NCBI GenBank assembly: GCA_045863395.1
Contig: BTVJ01000104.1
Location: 1 to 24,217, forward strand
Direction: 5' to 3'
Origin: Myxococcales bacterium
Lineage (GTDB): Bacteria > Myxococcota_A > UBA9042 > JABWCM01 > BTVJ01
Length of the DNA: 24,217 nt
Shown here piece by piece: positions 9,352 through 17,609 of this stretch. Numbering within the stretch: the stretch's first letter is position 1; each line of letters begins with the position of its first letter. Under the pieces are notes generated by a model that worked only from the letters and a program-made list of their open reading frames with translations, made no database searches and was not told where the DNA came from. The position numbers and the translations under genes are program-made.

Positions 9352-9741
9352 ATGTCACGCGTGACCCTCAGCACCCCCGACGCTCCGGCCGCCATCGGCC
9401 CCTACGCACAAGCCATCGCGGTGAGCGCCCGTGAGCTGGTGTTCCTCAGCGGCCAGGTGGGCATCGATCCCGCCACCGGCGCCCTCGTGGACGGCGGCCT
9501 CGAGGCGCAGGCGCGCCAGGTCATGCGCAACCTGGGCGCGGTGCTCTCCGCGGCGAGCCTCACCTTCGACGACGTGGTCCGCTGTACGGTCTACCTGACC
9601 GATCTGGAGCAGTTCGGCACGGTCAACGCCATCTACGGCTCCTTCTTCTCGGCCGGGCGCGTCCCCGCGCGCGCGACCATCCAGGTGAGCCGCCTGCCCA
9701 AGGACGCGCTCGTCGAGATCGACGCCATCGCCGCGCGCTGA
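9352..9741 (+). CDS. ridA: RidA/YjgF/UK114 reactive intermediate deaminase (129 aa)
   Basis: [53 protein letters not shown] with conserved Arg and Glu. GGAGGAGG upstream. Confidence 0.95.
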   Translation: MSRVTLSTPDAPAAIGPYAQAIAVSARELVFLSGQVGIDPATGALVDGGLEAQARQVMRNLGAVLSAASLTFDDVVRCTVYLTDLEQFGTVNAIYGSFFSAGRVPARATIQVSRLPKDALVEIDAIAAR

Positions 9742-9745
9742 TCGC
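9594..9745 (+). repeat. ridA 3'-end direct repeat, copy A (within intact ridA)
   Basis: Direct comparison with 11917..12068 and 14240..14394. Confidence 0.95.
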
Positions 9746-9773
9746 GGCCCTGTGAATGTTGCTCCGCTCCTCG

Positions 9774-9812
9774 TATGATGCCCTGGTCGAGCGGCCGGGT
9801 TGCAGGAGGAGG
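9774..9812 (+). promoter_or_regulatory. -10-like TATGAT and GGAGGAGG RBS for the duplicated lipoprotein (repeated at 12097..12135)
   Basis: TATGAT 9774-9779, RBS 9805-9812; -35 match is weak. Confidence 0.45.
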
Positions 9813-9818
9813 GGCGTG

Positions 9819-11921
9819 ATGAGCCGGTGCTTCGCGGTGGTGGTCATTGTCGCTGCGTGTGCCGTCGAGAGCACCCAGCCGGGCGGAGCGGGCGACTGCT
9901 CGGGGTGCGCGGACGCGACGCTGGACACGCGAGGCGACGCGGGCGTCGCCCACGATGCGGTGCCGGGGGACATCGACGGTGTGGCTCTGCCCGATGTGGC
10001 TGCCGACGCGCCCGAGCCTCCCGACGCTGCCGATGTCTCGCAGGCGCCCGATGCCCCCGACGCGCTCGAGCCCCTCACCGAGTGCCCGGACTCTTGGCTG
10101 AAGGGTGGAGAGGCGTGCGTCGGGCCTCTCGGCTGCACCTACGGCAAGGAGTGCTGCTGCGGCCAGTGCGACGTGTCGCTCTCCTGTTCCTGCACCTCCG
10201 GCAAGATGTCGTGCTACTACACGGACTTCTGCATGGGCCGGTTCTGCTCGGACGGCTGCCCGAACCAGACGATCACGACCCCGCTCGGCTGCACGTCGTG
10301 CAAGGACGCCTACGGCGGCGTGCACGCAGCGCTCCAGGAGCTCGCGGACTCCGCCGGCGGCTGCCAGACCGATGCAGACTGCCAGCTCGCGAAGGTCGCT
10401 ACCAACTGTGGTCCTGTCTGCAAGCTCGGGGTCGTGAAGACCGGGCGCGACGTCCTGGAGGCGAGCGCGCCGGCGATCAATAAGGCGTGGTGCGCGCAGG
10501 GCGGCCTGTGCGACGGCCTCCCCCCCTTCATCGAGGGCTACTGGGAGCAGCCCGCATGCCAGCCGGCCGGGTACGCCCGTTGCGACGAGGGACAGTGCCG
10601 CTTCGCCGTCCCGTGTGACCCGGCGGTGCAGGAGGTGGGTTCGGCCTGCGACGACGGCGACGCCTGCACGCTCGGCGACACCTGCACGGAGCCCTTCGTC
10701 TGCACCGGCGCGCCGGCCGACTGCGACGACGGCGATGTCTGCACCGACGACTCGTGCGACCCGGCCACCGGCTGCGCGCACACCGAGAACAGCGCCGCCT
10801 GCACGGGCTTCGAGGGGGCGTGCTCGGTCGGCGGCCAGTGCGTCGCCGGCGAGTGCCAGGCCAGCCCCGTGCCGGGCTTCACCCGGGAGTATCCGGGCCC
10901 GCACCGCGTGGTGTCCGCGGTCGACGTCGTGCCGGGCGGGGCGCTCGTGCTGGCCGGAGCTGTGGCGAGCGCGACACCCGACAAGGGCTTCGTCCTCCGC
11001 GTCGCCCCCACCGGCGAGCAGCTCGGGGCACCGCTCGCGGTGCTCGCGGCCGTGACGGACGTGGTCGCGTTCGAGGACGGCGGCCTGCTCGTGGCCGGCG
11101 AGGTGCTCGGGCAGAAGGACATCGCCTTGACGCGCATGGACCCCGGGGACGAGGCGCTGTGGACGGGGTTCATCGAGACCCCGGGAGCGGACCTCATGCC
11201 TCGGCTCGCCGCCCACCCGAGCGGAACGACCGCGGTGGTCTGGAGCAAGTCCGCGGCGACCCGCGTCGCGACCATCAGCGCCGCGGGCGAGATCGGACCC
11301 TCCGCGTCCCTCGGGATCCCCTCCGACCAGGGCTCCTGGCCGGGGGTCGACGGCTGGCCGCGCATCGCCCCGACCGCGAGCGGCTTCGCCGTGCTGCACA
11401 CCTCGCCGACCTGGTCCGGAGAGGCGCGGACCAAGGTGTCCCTCGTGGACCTGACGGGCACCCTGACCCACTCGTTCGTGCTCAAGTCCTCCGGGCCCGA
11501 GCGCCCGCGCGGGATTCTCTGGTTGACGGGCGACGTGCTCATCGCGTGGGGTGTGCGCGGCACCGGCGCTGACGCGGTCCGCTGGGTGCGCCGCCTGACG
11601 ATGGCGGGCCAGCAGATGTGGGAGCACGTGGGTCCCGACGAGGAGGTCGCCCCGTGGAACGCGGTCGCTCTGTGGACGCACGGGACTGCGGCGGACGGCC
11701 TGCCGCGGCTCGCGAACCTGCGGATCGACACGGGTGAGGAGGTCTGGTCGCAGGTTCTGCCGCCTGCCGGCGTCGTCGTGGTCGACTCCGTACTCGTCCC
11801 GGACGGGATCGCGCTGGCTGGCACTCGCTTTACCAGCGGGTGGGGCACGCCCTGGCTTCGCCGCACGTCGTGGGTCCAGGACTGTGATGGCGGCGTCTGC
11901 CCACCTCCTGGCTGCCCCTGA
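9819..11921 (+). CDS. Cys-rich lipoprotein (700 aa), copy 1: CTDC-like repeats and probable beta-rich C-terminal domain
   Basis: [14 protein letters not shown] lipobox-like, Asp-rich linker, ECCCGQC module, [10 protein letters not shown] / [18 protein letters not shown] repeats, strong RBS. Confidence 0.85.
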   Translation: MSRCFAVVVIVAACAVESTQPGGAGDCSGCADATLDTRGDAGVAHDAVPGDIDGVALPDVAADAPEPPDAADVSQAPDAPDALEPLTECPDSWLKGGEACVGPLGCTYGKECCCGQCDVSLSCSCTSGKMSCYYTDFCMGRFCSDGCPNQTITTPLGCTSCKDAYGGVHAALQELADSAGGCQTDADCQLAKVATNCGPVCKLGVVKTGRDVLEASAPAINKAWCAQGGLCDGLPPFIEGYWEQPACQPAGYARCDEGQCRFAVPCDPAVQEVGSACDDGDACTLGDTCTEPFVCTGAPADCDDGDVCTDDSCDPATGCAHTENSAACTGFEGACSVGGQCVAGECQASPVPGFTREYPGPHRVVSAVDVVPGGALVLAGAVASATPDKGFVLRVAPTGEQLGAPLAVLAAVTDVVAFEDGGLLVAGEVLGQKDIALTRMDPGDEALWTGFIETPGADLMPRLAAHPSGTTAVVWSKSAATRVATISAAGEIGPSASLGIPSDQGSWPGVDGWPRIAPTASGFAVLHTSPTWSGEARTKVSLVDLTGTLTHSFVLKSSGPERPRGILWLTGDVLIAWGVRGTGADAVRWVRRLTMAGQQMWEHVGPDEEVAPWNAVALWTHGTAADGLPRLANLRIDTGEEVWSQVLPPAGVVVVDSVLVPDGIALAGTRFTSGWGTPWLRRTSWVQDCDGGVCPPPGCP

Positions 11922-12068
11922 CCAATCTGGAGCAGCTCGGCACGGTCAACGCCATCTACGGCTCCTTCTTCTCGGCCGGGCGCGTCCCCGCGCGCGCGAC
12001 CATCCAGGTGAGCCGCCTGCCCAAGGACGCGCTCGTCGAGATCGACGCCATCGCCGCGCGCTGATCGC
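11917..12068 (+). pseudogene. ridA 3' fragment, copy B (recombinant: 5' alleles of C, 3' alleles of A)
   Basis: Encodes [14 protein letters not shown]...VEIDAIAAR* with no start. Matches C at 11924 and 11936; matches A at 11974, 12013 and the stop. Confidence 0.9.
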
Positions 12069-12141
12069 GGCCCTGTGAATGTTGCTCCGCTCCTCGTATG
12101 ATGCCCTGGTCGAGCGGCCGGGTTGCAGGAGGAGGGGCGTG

Positions 12142-14244
12142 ATGAGCCGGTGCTTCGCGGTGGTGGTCATTGTCGCTGCGTGTGCCGTCGAGAGCACCCA
12201 GCCGGGCGGAGCGGGCGACTGCTCGGGGTGCGCGGACGCGACGCTGGACACGCGAGGCGACGCGGGCGTCGCCCACGATGCGGTGCCGGGGGACATCGAC
12301 GGTGTGGCTCTGCCCGATGTGGCTGCCGACGCGCCCGAGCCTCCCGACGCTGCCGATGTCTCGCAGGCGCCCGATGCCCCCGACGCGCTCGAGCCCCTCA
12401 CCGAGTGCCCGGACTCTTGGCTGAAGGGTGGAGAGGCGTGCGTCGGGCCTCTCGGCTGCACCTACGGCAAGGAGTGCTGCTGCGGCCAGTGCGACGTGTC
12501 GCTCTCCTGTTCCTGCACCTCCGGCAAGATGTCGTGCTACTACACGGACTTCTGCATGGGCCGGTTCTGCTCGGACGGCTGCCCGAACCAGACGATCACG
12601 ACCCCGCTCGGCTGCACGTCGTGCAAGGACGCCTACGGCGGCGTGCACGCAGCGCTCCAGGAGCTCGCGGACTCCGCCGGCGGCTGCCAGACCGATGCAG
12701 ACTGCCAGCTCGCGAAGGTCGCTACCAACTGTGGTCCTGTCTGCAAGCTCGGGGTCGTGAAGACCGGGCGCGACGTCCTGGAGGCGAGCGCGCCGGCGAT
12801 CAATAAGGCGTGGTGCGCGCAGGGCGGCCTGTGCGACGGCCTCCCCCCCTTCATCGAGGGCTACTGGGAGCAGCCCGCATGCCAGCCGGCCGGGTACGCC
12901 CGTTGCGACGAGGGACAGTGCCGCTTCGCCGTCCCGTGTGACCCGGCGGTGCAGGAGGTGGGTTCGGCCTGCGACGACGGCGACGCCTGCACGCTCGGCG
13001 ACACCTGCACGGAGCCCTTCGTCTGCACCGGCGCGCCGGCCGACTGCGACGACGGCGATGTCTGCACCGACGACTCGTGCGACCCGGCCACCGGCTGCGC
13101 GCACACCGAGAACAGCGCCGCCTGCACGGGCTTCGAGGGGGCGTGCTCGGTCGGCGGCCAGTGCGTCGCCGGCGAGTGCCAGGCCAGCCCCGTGCCGGGC
13201 TTCACCCGGGAGTATCCGGGCCCGCACCGCGTGGTGTCCGCGGTCGACGTCGTGCCGGGCGGGGCGCTCGTGCTGGCCGGAGCTGTGGCGAGCGCGACAC
13301 CCGACAAGGGCTTCGTCCTCCGCGTCGCCCCCACCGGCGAGCAGCTCGGGGCACCGCTCGCGGTGCTCGCGGCCGTGACGGACGTGGTCGCGTTCGAGGA
13401 CGGCGGCCTGCTCGTGGCCGGCGAGGTGCTCGGGCAGAAGGACATCGCCTTGACGCGCATGGACCCCGGGGACGAGGCGCTGTGGACGGGGTTCATCGAG
13501 ACCCCGGGAGCGGACCTCATGCCTCGGCTCGCCGCCCACCCGAGCGGAACGACCGCGGTGGTCTGGAGCAAGTCCGCGGCGACCCGCGTCGCGACCATCA
13601 GCGCCGCGGGCGAGATCGGACCCTCCGCGTCCCTCGGGATCCCCTCCGACCAGGGCTCCTGGCCGGGGGTCGACGGCTGGCCGCGCATCGCCCCGACCGC
13701 GAGCGGCTTCGCCGTGCTGCACACCTCGCCGACCTGGTCCGGAGAGGCGCGGACCAAGGTGTCCCTCGTGGACCTGACGGGCACCCTGACCCACTCGTTC
13801 GTGCTCAAGTCCTCCGGGCCCGAGCGCCCGCGCGGGATTCTCTGGTTGACGGGCGACGTGCTCATCGCGTGGGGTGTGCGCGGCACCGGCGCTGACGCGG
13901 TCCGCTGGGTGCGCCGCCTGACGATGGCGGGCCAGCAGATGTGGGAGCACGTGGGTCCCGACGAGGAGGTCGCCCCGTGGAACGCGGTCGCTCTGTGGAC
14001 GCACGGGACTGCGGCGGACGGCCTGCCGCGGCTCGCGAACCTGCGGATCGACACGGGTGAGGAGGTCTGGTCGCAGGTTCTGCCGCCTGCCGGCGTCGTC
14101 GTGGTCGACTCCGTACTCGTCCCGGACGGGATCGCGCTGGCTGGCACTCGCTTTACCAGCGGGTGGGGCACGCCCTGGCTTCGCCGCACGTCGTGGGTCC
14201 AGGACTGTGATGGCGGCGTCTGCCCACCTCCTGGCTGCCCCTGA
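12142..14244 (+). CDS. Cys-rich lipoprotein (700 aa), copy 2, identical translation to copy 1
   Basis: Identical ORF translation at +2323. Confidence 0.85.
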   Translation: MSRCFAVVVIVAACAVESTQPGGAGDCSGCADATLDTRGDAGVAHDAVPGDIDGVALPDVAADAPEPPDAADVSQAPDAPDALEPLTECPDSWLKGGEACVGPLGCTYGKECCCGQCDVSLSCSCTSGKMSCYYTDFCMGRFCSDGCPNQTITTPLGCTSCKDAYGGVHAALQELADSAGGCQTDADCQLAKVATNCGPVCKLGVVKTGRDVLEASAPAINKAWCAQGGLCDGLPPFIEGYWEQPACQPAGYARCDEGQCRFAVPCDPAVQEVGSACDDGDACTLGDTCTEPFVCTGAPADCDDGDVCTDDSCDPATGCAHTENSAACTGFEGACSVGGQCVAGECQASPVPGFTREYPGPHRVVSAVDVVPGGALVLAGAVASATPDKGFVLRVAPTGEQLGAPLAVLAAVTDVVAFEDGGLLVAGEVLGQKDIALTRMDPGDEALWTGFIETPGADLMPRLAAHPSGTTAVVWSKSAATRVATISAAGEIGPSASLGIPSDQGSWPGVDGWPRIAPTASGFAVLHTSPTWSGEARTKVSLVDLTGTLTHSFVLKSSGPERPRGILWLTGDVLIAWGVRGTGADAVRWVRRLTMAGQQMWEHVGPDEEVAPWNAVALWTHGTAADGLPRLANLRIDTGEEVWSQVLPPAGVVVVDSVLVPDGIALAGTRFTSGWGTPWLRRTSWVQDCDGGVCPPPGCP

Positions 14245-14394
14245 CCAATCTGGAGCAGCTCGGCACGGTCAACGCCATCTACGGCTCCTTCTTCTCAGCC
14301 GGGCGCGTCCCCGCGCGCGCGACCATCCAGGTGAGTCGCCTGCCCAAGGACGCGCTCGTCGAGATCGACGCCATCGCCGCGCGCATTTGATCGC
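14240..14394 (+). pseudogene. ridA 3' fragment, copy C (ends AARI*)
   Basis: Differs from A by 4 substitutions plus an extra ATT codon before TGA. Confidence 0.9.
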
Positions 14395-14415
14395 CCCCAG
14401 CCGTTCTGCCATCCT
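14387..14415 (+). promoter_or_regulatory. Putative sigma70 promoter for the CapA-family gene, overlapping the stop of ridA copy C
   Basis: TTGATC-N17-CATCCT with TGn extension; ATG 8 nt downstream and no SD. Confidence 0.45.
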
Positions 14416-14423
14416 TCCGCGCC

Positions 14424-15536
14424 ATGAAGCGGACAATCCTCGCGCTCGCCCTCCTCGTGTCCTCGGCCGCCGCTGCGGGGCCGCGGGACCTCGTCATCGC
14501 CCTGGGCGGGGACGTGTCCTTCCACCACGGGTGGTTCAACGCCAAGCTCGACAAGGTGGGCGAGTCCCCGGGGCCGTTTTCGCTCATCCAGAGCTACCTG
14601 GACGAGGCGGACCTGCGATTCCTGAACCTGGAGGCGCCGGTCACCGAGGGCTCGGCGGTCATCAAGAAGACCTACAGCCTCGCCATGCCGCCTCACCGCC
14701 TCGCGTGGATCGTCAAGGCCGGCTTCAACCTCATCTCGCTCGCCAACAACCACACGGCCGACGCTGGGGTGGAGGGGCTTGCCGCGACCATCGCCAACCT
14801 GCAGAAGGTGCGGGACGGGGGCACAGACCTGTGGTGGGCCGGCGCCGACCCCGACGCGAGCAAGGCCGACGCGGTCACGTACCTCACCCCGGAGGGCAAG
14901 GAGCTGAAGGTGGCGTTTCTCGCCTTCGGCAACAACCGGGCCCCGGAGGTCGCAAGCTTCTGGGGCAAGCGCGTTACGGAGCGCGTCAAGGAGGCGCGCG
15001 CATCGGCTGACCTGGTCCTGGTCTCGATCCATGCGGGCAAGGAGTACGATCACGTCGCAGAGCCGGACCTGGCGCGGCGCTACCGGGGCCTCATCGACGC
15101 GGGCGCCGACGTGATCATCGGCCACCACCCCCACGTGGTCCGCGGAGTCGAGCGGTACAAGCACGGCGTGATCCTCTACAGCCTCGGCAACCTGTCGTTC
15201 GCTTCCTTCACCGTGCGCCACCACGAGACGGGCGCGAAGATGTGGGGCATGCTCCCCATGGTGTACGTGACCGACGGGAAGCTCTCGCGGCTGCGGATCG
15301 TGCCCCTGTGGGTGAGCCACAACGAGAAGCTGGTGGTGGAGGGGGAGCCCGCGCTCCCGCCGACGCCGTTCCAGCCACAGCCCCTGACCGGCGGCCACGC
15401 GCGCGCGGCGCTCGACGCCTTCCAGCGCTTCAGCGACGCCGTGGAGGGCAACGCGACGCGCCTCGCCATCGACGGGGACGAGGCGAACCTGGATCTCACC
15501 GGATCCGCCGGGGGCAGTGGGGCCGCTTCACCGTGA
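14424..15536 (+). CDS. CapA/PGA_cap family secreted metallophosphoesterase-fold protein
   Basis: Signal peptide. Motifs GGDV, NLE, ISLANNH..DAG, HAGKEY, IIGHHPHV, YSLGN. Confidence 0.9.
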   Translation: MKRTILALALLVSSAAAAGPRDLVIALGGDVSFHHGWFNAKLDKVGESPGPFSLIQSYLDEADLRFLNLEAPVTEGSAVIKKTYSLAMPPHRLAWIVKAGFNLISLANNHTADAGVEGLAATIANLQKVRDGGTDLWWAGADPDASKADAVTYLTPEGKELKVAFLAFGNNRAPEVASFWGKRVTERVKEARASADLVLVSIHAGKEYDHVAEPDLARRYRGLIDAGADVIIGHHPHVVRGVERYKHGVILYSLGNLSFASFTVRHHETGAKMWGMLPMVYVTDGKLSRLRIVPLWVSHNEKLVVEGEPALPPTPFQPQPLTGGHARAALDAFQRFSDAVEGNATRLAIDGDEANLDLTGSAGGSGAASP

Positions 15537-15648
15537 GGTCTTGCCCTTTGGGCCGCGCTGCACCACCATCGCAGTGGGAGCCCGCGAATACGGCGGCGTC
15601 CTGAGCGTCGGCGGCATCGTGGACCGCACCGAACCCAAGGAGACGACC

Positions 15649-16077
15649 ATGAGACCCATCGCCGCAAGGACCGTCCGCTTCGCCGCCATCGCCCTCACGC
15701 TGCTCATCGCGACGGCCGCCTCCGCCCAGGAGGTCGACGCCGCCACCGAGGCCAAGGGCCGCGAGCTCGCAGAGAAGGTCTGCACCATCTTCATGTCGGG
15801 GGACCGCGCCGGCTTCGAGGCCATGCTGCACTCGAGCCTCAACAAGCAGCAGAACATGAAGTACTGGTGGGACGTGAACGGCAAGGGCAAGGACTACACC
15901 TCCCTGTACTCGGCGTGTACGTTCAGCCGCGTGGACAAGAGCAGCATGAAGGACCGCATCAAGGTGTTCATCCAGCGCACGCCCAAGCGCCCGGGCGAGA
16001 GCATGCCCGCGCCGGTCAGCTTCCAGCCCGACGCGGCCGCGGGCGGGCAGTACAAGATCACCGCCTGCTCCCTCTGA
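15649..16077 (+). CDS. Secreted hypothetical protein (142 aa)
   Basis: AAGGAG RBS, signal peptide ending ASA-Q, GC3-rich codons, TTGCCC-N17-CACCAT at 15541-15569. Confidence 0.8.
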   Translation: MRPIAARTVRFAAIALTLLIATAASAQEVDAATEAKGRELAEKVCTIFMSGDRAGFEAMLHSSLNKQQNMKYWWDVNGKGKDYTSLYSACTFSRVDKSSMKDRIKVFIQRTPKRPGESMPAPVSFQPDAAAGGQYKITACSL

Positions 16078-16100
16078 GCGGCGCTCCTGCGAGGTCCCCC

Positions 16101-16808
16101 ATGCGCGCACGGATCGGAGTCGTGGTGGCGTTTGCCGTCGTTGCGGGGGTCGCGGTCGCGCAGGCTCCTCCTCCGGTGGATGGCGTCCCCGAGCCCCTGG
16201 CCATGACCCCCATCCTGCCTGCCGGCATGACCTGGCTGCGGCACCCCCAGCGCCCGTTCTCGATCCTGTCCACCGAGGTGTCCGTCGCCCAGTTCCGCGC
16301 GTGCGTCGACGCGGGCCAGTGCGCCAAGGACACCTTCCAGAGCTGCAACTTCGGGACCGCGGGGCGGGACGATCACCCGATGAACTGCGTGCAGTGGACG
16401 GGCGCCGACCAGTTCTGCCGGTACGCGGGCGGCCGGCTGTGCACCGAGGACGAGTGGCTCCAGGCGTGCAGCGGCACGGACGGGCGCCACTTTCCCTACG
16501 GTGGCGCGTTCGACCTGCAGGCCTGCAACTCCCAGTCGGACACGGTCAAGGCGGACCGCCCCATGGGGACGGTCCCCGTGGGGAGCCTGAAGCGCTGCGA
16601 GGGGGGCCTGCCGGGGCTCTTCGACATGGCCGGAAACGTCACCGAGTGGGTGGACTCCTGCAAGGGGACCTACTGCAAGTTCCGCGGCGGCGGCTGGAAC
16701 AGCAACGACCCCATCGAGCAGTTCGCGGCATGCACCGGTGTGTGCTCCGGCAACCAGAAGAGCTTCGGTAGCGCAACCATCGGGTTCCGCTGTTGCCGCA
16801 GCGAGTAA
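16101..16808 (+). CDS. Secreted FGE-sulfatase (SUMF1/EgtB/PvdO-fold) domain protein (235 aa)
   Basis: TEVSVAQF, HPMNCVQW, RLCTEDEW, GLFDMAGNVTEW, GFRCC; N-terminal signal peptide. Confidence 0.9.
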   Translation: MRARIGVVVAFAVVAGVAVAQAPPPVDGVPEPLAMTPILPAGMTWLRHPQRPFSILSTEVSVAQFRACVDAGQCAKDTFQSCNFGTAGRDDHPMNCVQWTGADQFCRYAGGRLCTEDEWLQACSGTDGRHFPYGGAFDLQACNSQSDTVKADRPMGTVPVGSLKRCEGGLPGLFDMAGNVTEWVDSCKGTYCKFRGGGWNSNDPIEQFAACTGVCSGNQKSFGSATIGFRCCRSE

Positions 16809-16859
16809 GGTTGCGAGCGCGGGCCATCGCGCATAGCATCGGGGGTCGCGAGGGACGCC

Positions 16860-17138
16860 ATGAGCAAGACGACCATCAGGAGCATGAAGACCCGGGCGCG
16901 GAGCATCGAGCTCGTGGTGCTGCTGGTGGTCGTCGTCGTGGTCGGCCTGCTCGCGGTCCCCATCTGGCGCGAGCTCACGGCGCCCACCCCGGTGGAGCAG
17001 AGCGAGAGCCGTGCTCGCCCTGAGCTCACCGCTCCGGCGACGTCACTGCCCGCTCGCATCCTCCAGCCCCAGGCTGGCGGCGCGCCGACGGCGCCGGTGC
17101 CGTCCGTCCCGCCCGCGGAGGTCGGCGCGGGTCAATAA
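16860..17138 (+). CDS. Small single-TM hypothetical protein with Pro/Ala-rich tail
   Basis: One strong hydrophobic helix; TTGCGA-N17-TAGCAT at 16811-16839 and GAGGG upstream; start 16860 or 16884. Confidence 0.55.
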   Translation: MSKTTIRSMKTRARSIELVVLLVVVVVVGLLAVPIWRELTAPTPVEQSESRARPELTAPATSLPARILQPQAGGAPTAPVPSVPPAEVGAGQ

Positions 17139-17187
17139 GAACCTGTCGAGAATCGGTGGCAGTCGTGTCGGCGCCCCCCGTGACCGC

Positions 17188-17475
17188 CTACTTGCAGGTG
17201 CCCGAGGAGCACTTCTTTCCGGGGCACTCGCTGTCGAAGCTGCACTTGCCGTCGGGCGCGTTGGAGCACTTGCTGCTGTTGCACTTGGCGCCGCCGCCGC
17301 CGCAGTCGCTGTCGAAGCTGCACTTGCTGCCGGACGCCGTGGCGCACCGCCCGCTGTTGCACTTGACGCCCTTGCCGCAGTCGCTGTCGAAGCTGCAATC
17401 GCCCTCGCCCGCGAGGGCGCTCCCCGCGAGGAACAGGACGGCTGCCAGGGCGCCCAACGAGATTCCGAGCTTCAT
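17188..17475 (-). CDS. Secreted 12-Cys peptide with three CSFDS[DE]C-x4-6-C-x4-C repeats (95 aa)
   Basis: AAGGAG RBS, signal peptide MKLG...GSALA, three 4-Cys repeats visible at both DNA and protein level. Confidence 0.85.
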   Translation of the reverse strand: MKLGISLGALAAVLFLAGSALAGEGDCSFDSDCGKGVKCNSGRCATASGSKCSFDSDCGGGGAKCNSSKCSNAPDGKCSFDSECPGKKCSSGTCK

Positions 17476-17550
17476 GTCACACTCCTTGGTGGTGGGTTCG
17501 AGCCCTTCTACTCCGATTTGCCGGCGTTGTCACCTGTCGAACGGTGGTCA

Positions 17551-17579
17551 TTGCGCACCCGCACGGTGACCCGTAGGAT
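17551..17579 (+). promoter_or_regulatory. Putative sigma70 promoter for the GH92 gene
   Basis: TTGCGC-N17-TAGGAT followed by GGAGGAGG RBS. Confidence 0.55.
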
Positions 17580-17609
17580 CCGCGGGGCTTCGGAGCGGAG
17601 GAGGCGACC

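Larger units (their letters stand above)
9614..14296 (+). repeat. Tandem duplication, period 2323 bp (9614..11936 = 11937..14259, identity continuing to 14296)
   Basis: Internal ORFs recur with identical translation at +2323; junctions compared base by base. Confidence 0.95.

Noticed and set aside
8725..9741. 338-aa ORF-track call ending in RidA
   Set aside because: The N-terminal 209 codons overlap atoE in another frame; the real start is ATG 9352 behind GGAGGAGG.
9594..14394. Interpretation as an IS/transposon, integron or diversity-generating retroelement
   Set aside because: No transposase, integrase or reverse transcriptase in the window, no terminal inverted repeats or attC-like palindrome seen, and repeat differences are not adenine-specific.
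17224..17397. Three ~21-bp direct repeats at 75-78 bp spacing, superficially CRISPR-like
   Set aside because: They are in-frame coding repeats of the Cys peptide; the spacers resemble each other and no cas genes are present.
17488..17512. GGTGGGTTCGAGCCC resembling a tRNA T-arm or att remnant
   Set aside because: The stem is imperfect, there is no cloverleaf or 3' CCA context, and no second copy was seen.
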